Translations under genes and position numbers: made by a program
NCBI GenBank assembly: GCA_013265495.1
Contig: MU058844.1
Coordinates: forward strand, 11,616,184-11,680,183
Origin: Vicugna vicugna
Taxonomy: Eukaryota
Length of the DNA stretch: 64,000 nt
Direction: 5' to 3'
Shown: positions 55,706 through 64,000 of the stretch, piece after piece
Position numbering within the stretch: position 1 is the stretch's first letter
How the letters are laid out: each line of letters opens with the position of its first letter
Notes under the pieces: generated by a model
The model's database searches: none
Told to the model about the DNA's origin: nothing
Seen by the model: the letters and a program-made list of their open reading frames with translations, nothing else

Positions 55706-56404
55706 AGTTTTCAAAAGGGCAACTACAGTGATTAAGAGAAGTGGTTTCAACAGACTATCCTAGTTCCTCCATTGGGGCTCATCCTGAGACTGAACTAAAT
55801 ATTCCCAAATGCCAAAACACTATTAACAGTTTTATAATCACAACATTTTTGGAATGTAATAGGAAGCAGAAGACAAAAAGGGGATACAAAAAAAATTTAA
55901 TACCATTAAAAGAGAATAAATAGATTGAAACTCTCAAATCTAAAATGATTTTCCCTCAAGCTAGATTGGAGGTGCATAATTGAAGAATGCCAGAAAATAT
56001 GTGTTCCTCAAAGCAGTTACAGGCAGCTTTGACAAGTCAAAAAAAAAAAAAAAATCAAGCAGCTCAGCAGAACTCCTCCTGTCTCCTTCCCACGTCCTTC
56101 ACTACAAAATCTGTTACTGAAGAAGCATGTGAAAGTCACTCTGAAAAACACAGGGCCCATGTGTTTCTCTAAACTAACAACTGGAAAATTTAATGGATTA
56201 TAATGAAGAGATTTTACAGAAATTTTGTATACTTTTCATGAATGAGCAGAAGAGAGGGCTAAAATACCCCCAAATAACTTTAGGTTTCTCACATTTTTTG
56301 TAACTTTATTAATGAAGCCACATTCCCTTCTTACAGCTAATGCATCCTTGTAGACATCTCTGTTCACACAATTCTCTTAGAGACCAGGGCTCAGGGGCAC
56401 TTAC

Positions 56405-56788
56405 CCACTGTTGATGTCATCAGTCCTGAGACTTTTCCCAAGGATATCTCCATCGCTCATATATCCACCAACATCAACTTCAGAAGACACGTCCAGGTCA
56501 CTGCTTGCTTTCTCAGTCATGTCCATCTGTGACATGTTTCCCAGCCGAGAGACAGCAGCTCGACGGAGAGGCGTGGTGTACATGAACCTTGAGGGGTCTG
56601 TGTGAATGAAGCGACTGGTACCGCTGCGGGGGTAGCCAGCACCCAGGGAGGGAGCATCTCCAGCCTGAAGTCGAGGGCACGCCTGGCCCAACCTCCAGGT
56701 CATGGGAGTGGGTCGACCTGTCAAGTTGGGTATGGTCCTTCCATTCACTTCTGTCGTCACGGTGCTGTCAAATGTTGTCTCGAGGGTG
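56405..56788 (-). CDS. NAV3: NAV3 internal coding exon, 384 nt (STLETTFDST...GYMSDGDILGKSLRTDDINSG)
   Basis: Peptide matches NAV3 rather than NAV2 (WRLGQACPRLQAGDAPSLGAGYPRSGTSRF). Acceptor tttgacag|C, donor GG|gtaagt, phase 2 to 2. Confidence 0.97.
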
Positions 56789-57491
56789 CTGTCAAATAAA
56801 ATAGAGAAATCACTATACTCTGATTTACGTGGGGCCATGGACCAAGAATGCATGAAGGCAGGAAAGCCTACACTTGAGAGTTACTTCTTACAAGTATGTC
56901 CATTTTCATGAAAGTCAAATTATACATTCATTTTAAGATTCTAAACATCTCTTCAGATATCAAAATGCAGGAAGGGACATTCATTCATCATTTAGTTTCG
57001 TTTTGTTTCGATTTGTTTTTATTTTATTTGCTTTAAAAGAAAGGCCATCATTATGTTTTAGATAAAACAAAATCTTGCTCCATGTTCTCAACCAACACTT
57101 AATTTAACCCTTCGTAGGCTTCTGAGTATCATTTTGGAAGTTAACTAAACTTAGGTTTGAAAGACTCTCTACCAGCCCTCCTCAGATGCATTTTAACTAC
57201 AACTTCTGCTACTGTTACATAAGGCAGGAAGAAAAATCCACTCAGCTGTGATGGTGTGGTTGCAGCAGCTAATTCAGACTGGATGGGAAATCATATTGAA
57301 GAAGAGATGAATGGGAGAAAAAAAATCACTAGGTATGTGCTGAGAAGTCACTGGTTGATTGCCATGTAAAATTTAAGTGAGAAAATAGTAAGAGAAAACA
57401 AAAATGTCTTATTTCTCATTATAAGAAGTTAAGTGCTTAATATTAATTTTTTTCCTTTGTTGTCCCAAAGTTATGCAGAAATGAGGAAGAC

Positions 57492-57600
57492 CTGTGGCTT
57501 ATCTGGGTCCCACGAAGACTAGACATAGTCTCTTCCAAATTCTGCCTCAAATCTGCTATGTTTTTAACTGTTCTCATTCTTCTTGTTTCAGGGTCTTCAC
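57492..57600 (-). CDS. NAV3: NAV3 internal coding exon, 109 nt (GEDPETRRMRTVKNIADLRQNLEETMSSLRGTQISHS)
   Basis: Peptide matches recalled NAV3. Acceptor tttttctag|GT, donor CACAG|gtcttc, phase 1 to 2. Confidence 0.96.
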
Positions 57601-58466
57601 CTAGAAAAATAACGTAATAATACATTGCTATTCACGTCATTTACTATCCTGAGGATAATTATATACATATATAAGTAATGCAAGTTCCTTTTCTTAAAAG
57701 TAAAATAATAGGCAGGAAATTCCAAATGATTATTATCATCTGAAAATTATAATATTTTTCCCACAAATAAAATGTGAATAGTGTAATGTTACAAGTAATA
57801 ATCTGAAGTGATGAGAGTGCAATAATACTCTGTAGGTCTATGTCATTGAGAAATGAGAGTCATTTGGAAACAGGCTATATAGTGCTCCATGTTTCTGAGC
57901 GTTATTTAAAAATCCAAAATTATTTGGATCCTAATTATTTCCATAATTATCTGCTTCAAAGTGTACTCACAATAACTGAGATAAACTTGACTTATGTAGC
58001 AAGTATATATTTGGACTCTGGGGAATAAGATAGAGAAAGCTTTTCTTATAGATGTAATATCTTTTATAGTCTTTTATTTTACTGAACTCATGACCCAATA
58101 TTCAGGTCATTGGATGGATTTATTTTTAATTATTTCTCCACTTTCTACAGGGAATCAAAACACGCACATGTGACACTAGAGTTCCAGTGTGGTCCTAGGC
58201 ATCTAAACCAGGAATGAGTCTACGCATGAAATAAATAGCTCTGCCAGGGTGACGAACATTGGCCTTACACAATCTCTATCTATCATTTGGGGGCAGAGAT
58301 GCCATTAAATCATTTGTCTATGGCTATGTAAAAATTCCCAGGCCAGTGGGCATTGAAGCTGGCGAATCCGTGTAATAAGAAGAACCTAGAAAGGGAGGAA
58401 AGGAAACATAGTCTTAATTGTGTTCAACTTGGGTTCAGGATGATGTCCAGTGATGAGAAATTTTAA

Positions 58467-58663
58467 TAAAAAGAAAGAAGGAAGAAAAGAAAGGAAGGGA
58501 AATAAATTGATGAAGGGGAGAGAAGATAGGAGATGGAAAAGGAGGAAGAGGAAGGGAAGAGAAGGGAAGGGAAGAGAAGGGAAGGGAAGGGAAGGGAAGG
58601 GAAGGGAAGGGAAGGGAAAGGAAAAGGTGTGGAAGGAAAAGAAAAAAAGAAGGAAAAGTGAAG
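58467..58663. repeat. Polypurine tract with (GGGAA)n core
   Basis: Direct reading. Confidence 0.95.
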
Positions 58664-59159
58664 GTCAAAGTAGCATATATTAAATTCCAGTATGAAAACT
58701 GTCACACAGACAAGTCAAGGTGCATGTCTACAATCTGTTTTAAGAGCATAGGTAGATATTCAACCTGTTCACTTTTCTTCCAAAATATTCATGCCACATT
58801 TTTAAAACACACACAGAAAAACGCACCCGTTTAACATTTGTAATAGAATCCTAGAGTTGGTAGGGATTTCAGAGACTGTCCTGCCTCACCTCTCAGCCAG
58901 TGAGGAAAGAAATCTTGGTCTGACTAGGGAGGTGCCATGTGTCTCTGCCTAAAGGCTCCAAGATCGAAAAGGCTTCCTCCTCTCCAGTAAGAGATGACTC
59001 TTTTCAATATTAGACTAATTAGGTCCAATTACAAAAACATTTCTGAGGGTGAACAATCATTTGCCACCATTTAACTTCCATGCAGTGATTCCAATGGCTC
59101 TGAAACCAGCTGAACAACTTTATACCACTTTACTATGGCAGACATTTAATTTTAGCTTC

Positions 59160-59209
59160 TCTTTTTGGGGAGTGGGGGTAATAGATAATAGGTAAACCTA
59201 CCTACCTAC

Positions 59210-59253
<44 letters not shown>

Positions 59254-59336
59254 TTTTTAATGGAGGTACTGGGGATTGAACCCAGGACCTCATTCACACT
59301 AAACACGTGCTCTACCACTGAGTTACACCCTCCCCC
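59160..59336 (-). mobile_element. vic-1-like SINE with internal (TAGA)n/(TAGG)n microsatellite
   Basis: Reverse complement reads ggggagggtgtaactcagtggtagagcacgtg...ggtcctgggttcaatccccagtacctcc. (CTAT)n lies at about 59210-59253. Confidence 0.88.
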
Positions 59337-62300
59337 TACAGCCTCTCAAAAAGATAACTGCTAATTCCTTCTGCAGCCAAGCATGACTACAGTGTTCCTC
59401 ATTCTTCATCCTGGATGGTTGCTACTCTGCTGTCAGTCAGCAAATCTCTTCCTTTTAATTTACAACTTATTTCAATGATTGACATTTGCTTAATAACTGC
59501 ATTATTATTTCAAATTTACAAAGCATCGAAAAAACCTCCCTCAGTAAATACATTTTTAAGAATTAAAAAAGCCACATGCTGTAGACTTTCCCTACCCTAA
59601 TTCAAGTCATACAATCTTTAACCTCATAGATTTACCTTATTTTAAAACTCAGAATTGTTAATAACCCTTAAGACTCTAATCATTTTTTTCTATGGGAAGT
59701 CTTCCATCCTTATAAATATAACAGAATATTTGAGAAATGGCTAGAAAGAAGTTGACCTCTTACCTCTAAATAATCTGGTAGAGCCTTGAAGAAAAAGGGA
59801 GATTCTGTAAGGAAATTCTTAAAGAGTAGGAAAAAGAAATATCATTACAGTCAAAGGAAAGGCAGAGGTGAAGAGGGGATTTTACTCAAAGTGGGCCAAA
59901 GAAACAGTGAAGGATGAGACAAAATTGGAGAAGCACTAAAGCTAATATTCAGTAGTGTATCTGAGATTTCATACCACAGAGAAACCAAAGATTCTAAGTA
60001 ATGATAGGAGATGAAAAATCTTAAAGGAGAAAGTGTTGAGATGAATTTTATTGGAGATTAAGAAGGAATGCAAGCTGTTGACCTTACACAAGTTTCTAAA
60101 ATACACCATCACATGTCCCCTGTCCCTGAGCCCCTTCCCCCTGGGAGAACTTTCACATTACAATCAAGCTGTATCTCAATCACTTCCCAACTGCAAAATA
60201 TTAGTAACACTGATGTTTGAATTACATTCAATGTCTTTTTTTACATAACTTTAAGAACATTGTATTTTCAGCCATCCCATTTCACTAAGGTTTTTTTCAC
60301 ATCTTCTTTATCTCCCTTTACAGTTCCTTCTTCCTATTCAACAGGCATCTTAGATCCTTGGATCCTTCCAACTGAAGCCACTGTTTGTTTATACAGCTTC
60401 CCTCTTGACTCAGAACCACCACCCCATCCCTCCTTTGGTTTTTCTCCTCAGGACATCCACTCATGACACGGCACCACTCAGGACAATCAGACAAATGGAC
60501 TTTTCCCTCCCAGCACTTACGGAGCAAAACATAATTGCTGCTTCATTCGTGTCGTGAAACATAATAACCAGATCAAAACTTACTGCAGGAAATGTTCTCA
60601 GTGACCCACAACAGGCAAGATAAAGTCAAATGCACTCACAAACCCCCTAAGAATGGCACTAGCCTGAAGTATCCTGTAAATTTGTATCCAGATGATGTCT
60701 AGAGAATTGGGGGTGGGGAGGGGATCGCAACTGAAAAGGTCAAATGGGAGAGCACAAGTAACATTAAATATTTAGGAGCAAATGAAAGTTAGCAGAAAAC
60801 TGCACATGAGAAATTTATTTAGTCGCAAAAATGTTGTATCCCCTTTCACTTTTGTCATCTCAAAGCCAGCTATTATTCCTGAAGGAAGCCTCAGAAGTGT
60901 CAGAAAAATAAATTAATAAATAAAGGCTTACACACATTTTTCCAGAATGGCACCTTCTGCAATTCACTGTGAGTTTTTACCAGTGGTGCAAACTGCTTTC
61001 TTTTTGCCTGTAAACTCTTCTCTATGAGCAGGGCTCAGAGGAACAGGCTCAATTTGGCGCTTCTGCATTTTTCACTTAGTGGCAGACAGACCATTTAATC
61101 TGTGTGGTCCTGCTCTTACGTTTTAGGCATTAATTACACACAGTGTAATTAACACTGTCAGCCCTGTCATCTTTTAAGAGGAAATCAAATTATATCTGAA
61201 TGAACCTGATTCACAGAGAATTGTGTCCTCTACACCAGCTACACTACAAGTGTTATTTTTTAGACTACGGCTGTCTGATTTATTTGGCGAAGTCACCCTA
61301 ACTTTGTGAGTGAGCTGGGTAGAAAAATTTTCCACTCATCTGGTTAAACCAGACAGTTTGGTGGGGGGGACAGCAAAATGTGGCTAATAACTTTACAGCT
61401 ACCTTTTAAATATTCTTCTATGTTGTGATAGCACAGACCCTAGTCTGTCTGATTTACTAGGATGTCCAAGAGTAAAGAGTGAAACTCAAGAAACCCTGCC
61501 TAAAAACTAACTTGGAAGAGGCCATTTTGAGTCAGAAGCAGAATCTAGTCAAGCACATGGCAGAAATCCTGAAATTCCTGTGCGCTGTGGGCTTGGATAT
61601 AGTTACCATATTTACCAACTTAACATGCATCATTATTTAGGGAACTGCATTGCAAGGCTTCATTATCCTGATATGATTATTCATATCAGAGCCATTTAAA
61701 TAATCTCTTTCTCTTACTTTCTCACTTGCATTTGAATACTGGCATATGTGTGTGTGTGGGGGGGAAGCCTTAAAGAGAATAATCCCATAAGTACAAGCAG
61801 ATGCTCAGTTTAAAAACCATGGACTACACAGACACCTATTGAGAGATTACCCTCTGACAGTAACGCTTCAAGTTATTTATGCACAAAAAGGTATGTGTCA
61901 TATATACACCCGCCCACAGCATGCTATAATTTAGCAGAGCGACTAACACATGCTGTCAGGGGACTTCACTCTGGTCCTATCTTTGAAAATACTTACATAA
62001 GAGGTACTTAGAACAAGATAAATGCTACCCTTTTCAAGGCAAAGATGGCTATTATTTGATTCTACTGTTCCAGAGGAGCAAGAGGGAAAAAAAGATTCTT
62101 AAGGATTAAGACTCTCTCGCTTGCCTTTGTACTGCATGCAGGTTTTTTATGACAAGCAGTTCATCACAGAAATCACACAATGGTGAAGAAGTAAATCTTC
62201 AGCGTCTGAGCACCTGGTGTATTCAGATTCAGAAACCACTCTTCCCACAACTGTGCAAACATTACTCTTTTAAAGCCAAACTGACGTGAAAAATTGAGCA

Positions 62301-63429
62301 AGATTCGCCTCTGCTCTCTCTCTCTAAGCTTTCATCTTCTAAAGCTGGTTCACTAAGATTCCAGAAAATCTCCTAAAGCACCTTGTAACAGGAGGGTCTA
62401 CAGAGAGAATAAAAAACCTGCTATTTGGCATCAGTTGTATGAATCAGAAACAAAGAGATCACTGGTCCGGTTTAATTCTTTCGAATTTAAGGAGCCCTAT
62501 GTGAAGTCCTTTGTGGAAATAGCACCTTGACATAAAATAGGATGTGGTCAATGGTTTAAATGCTTATGAGTTTTGGGAAAAGGCATCATCTGATACAAAT
62601 ATGTTTCAGCAGAGCACTGAATTGAGACTTAACTGTTAAAATGTCTACAGTTTAGCTATTTAGGCAAATAGCAAAACCGAAGGGTTACTTCAGACATAGT
62701 CATGCCTAGTTCATCACAGAGTATGCCAGAAGTTACCGCCAAGAATCATGGCGTCAAAAAGGCCTAGTGTGTAAAGTACCACAACAGCTCACACTCATCT
62801 CCACAGTAACAGAAACAGTTGTAACACATACACACTCAGAAGTATTTTTTGCCAAACACTAAAAAAAAATAAAAATAAAAAAAAAATAAAAAAGTGAGTC
62901 AAGCCCTGAGAAGAGGCCTCTGCATTTCTGGAAGAGTAACTAGAAAGCATGGTGCTCGTCACTGACGTACCAGCCACGCCATCTACTCAGACAGCACTGA
63001 GGCAGCAGAAGAAACTCAGCTCTACAAAACAAGGTGTCCATCCTTCATTCTAAATCTGTGCTGAGGTCACCTTGAGGGAAGTCCAATAAATTAGGCCCCG
63101 TTAATGACTAAGTAAAAAACACATTTGGAGTTTTAAAAGGTTAACCGTTACTTCCGGATGTCTGGAGCGCACTAGACCGCAGGCCAGTAACTCCCAGGGC
63201 GGGTTGCTGCTAGTGACTTTCTACATAGAGAAAAAAACTTTCTACTTTACAACGGTTCTCATGGTTCAGTTTGACGAAGAAAAGAATTTCAGGAGACAAG
63301 GAATCTTAAATTGTTTTGCATAACAATAGTTTTAAAAATATGAGTCAGAAGACAAGACGCGATTTGGTTCATGCAAAGGGGGCAGCTTCTTAAAACTCCA
63401 TCCTCCTCTGAGGAGCAGCCCCGACTTAC

Positions 63430-63949
63430 CTAGCAAGTCAGTGTAAAGCGCCTGTTCCAGGTCGCCCAGCATCGTCAGGATCACATCCTCATCCAGGTGA
63501 GCGGTGCCTTCCCGCAGGCAGCTCTCTCCCTCCTCCTCCGCCCAGCTCCTGCTGATGCTGCCCGGCCTGGAGGACCCATTTTCGTCCTCGGATCGGCTAT
63601 CTTCATCACTCTCCCCTTCCAAGCCTTTTCTGCAAGTCCATTCCTCTAAGCCCTCGCTGCCTGAGTGGCTGGCAGGCAGAAGGCTCCAGGCCCCGGGGCC
63701 GCTGGTGTGGTACAGGGACTGCACGGACCGTGACACAAACCTGGACAGGGAGCGCCTCTCTGCATAGCTGGACTCCCTCTGGCTGGCCTTGGCGGCATTT
63801 CCAAACCAGTTGGAAATGCGCACAGTAGGTCGTCTCTCCCCCTCACTGCTGAGGGAAAGACTGGTCAGCGACTTTTGCTTCTGAAGGCAAGCTCCCGGTC
63901 GCCTTCCTTCTTTGCTCCGGAACACAGAGAGTTTGGCCGGCCGCTGCAT
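63430..63949 (-). CDS. NAV3: Putative alternative (internal-promoter) first coding exon of NAV3; 173 codons + 1 nt (MQRPAKLSVF...EQALYTDLL-G)
   Basis: ATG in gagccATGc context, with an in-frame TGA 39 nt upstream. GC/CpG-rich open frame. Consensus donor CTAG|GTAAGT at 63430/63429. Phase 1 matches the acceptor at 57600 (G|GT GAA GAC). Confidence 0.75.
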
Positions 63950-63977
63950 GGCTCTTCTTCCTGGCTTTTCTCCTTTT

Positions 63978-63992
63978 TCAACTGGAATTCAT
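63978..63992 (-). promoter_or_regulatory. 4-codon upstream ORF (MNSS*) in the putative 5' UTR of the alternative first exon
   Basis: ATG AAT TCC AGT TGA ends 28 nt before the main ATG. Transcription of this stretch is inferred. Confidence 0.4.
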
Positions 63993-64000
63993 ATTGCCTT

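Noticed and set aside
56789..56853. N-terminal part of the 150-aa ORF (MHSWSMAPRK...)
   Set aside because: Lies upstream of the acceptor at 56789/56790; intronic, with no NAV similarity.
58435..58705. Low-complexity ORFs (GKGREGKGRE / FPSLPFPSLP)
   Set aside because: Translations of the (GGGAA)n repeat.
63332..63429. C-terminal extension of the 205-aa ORF as a standalone single-exon gene
   Set aside because: A consensus donor at 63429 splices in frame to NAV3; the remainder is best read as intron read-through.
1..64000. CRISPR arrays, operons or other prokaryotic systems
   Set aside because: Mammalian intron/exon DNA; no repeat-spacer array or bacterial-like gene was seen.

Overview
Mammalian genomic DNA, probably camelid because it carries three vic-1-like tRNA-derived SINEs. 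The whole window lies inside NAV3 (neuron navigator 3) on the minus strand. Five canonical coding exons splice in frame at GT-AG boundaries (57600-57492, 56788-56405, 48739-48620, 1661-1529, 896-626), and one intron spans about 47 kb. The strongest finding is a 520-nt ATG-initiated exon (63949-63430) that splices in frame onto the 57600 exon. It looks like an internal alternative first exon giving a NAV3 isoform with a different 173-aa N-terminus and no CH domain. The introns hold full-length processed pseudogenes of TMEM258 and RPL12 with target-site duplications (TSDs), a twin-primed inverted L1, an L1/SINE chimera inside one TSD, a locally re-copied inverted segment at 11.6-12.7 kb, and many old L1, L2, MIR, LTR and DNA-transposon relics. 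Gene and repeat-family names come from recalled sequences, not database searches. Repeat boundaries are approximate unless a TSD is given.
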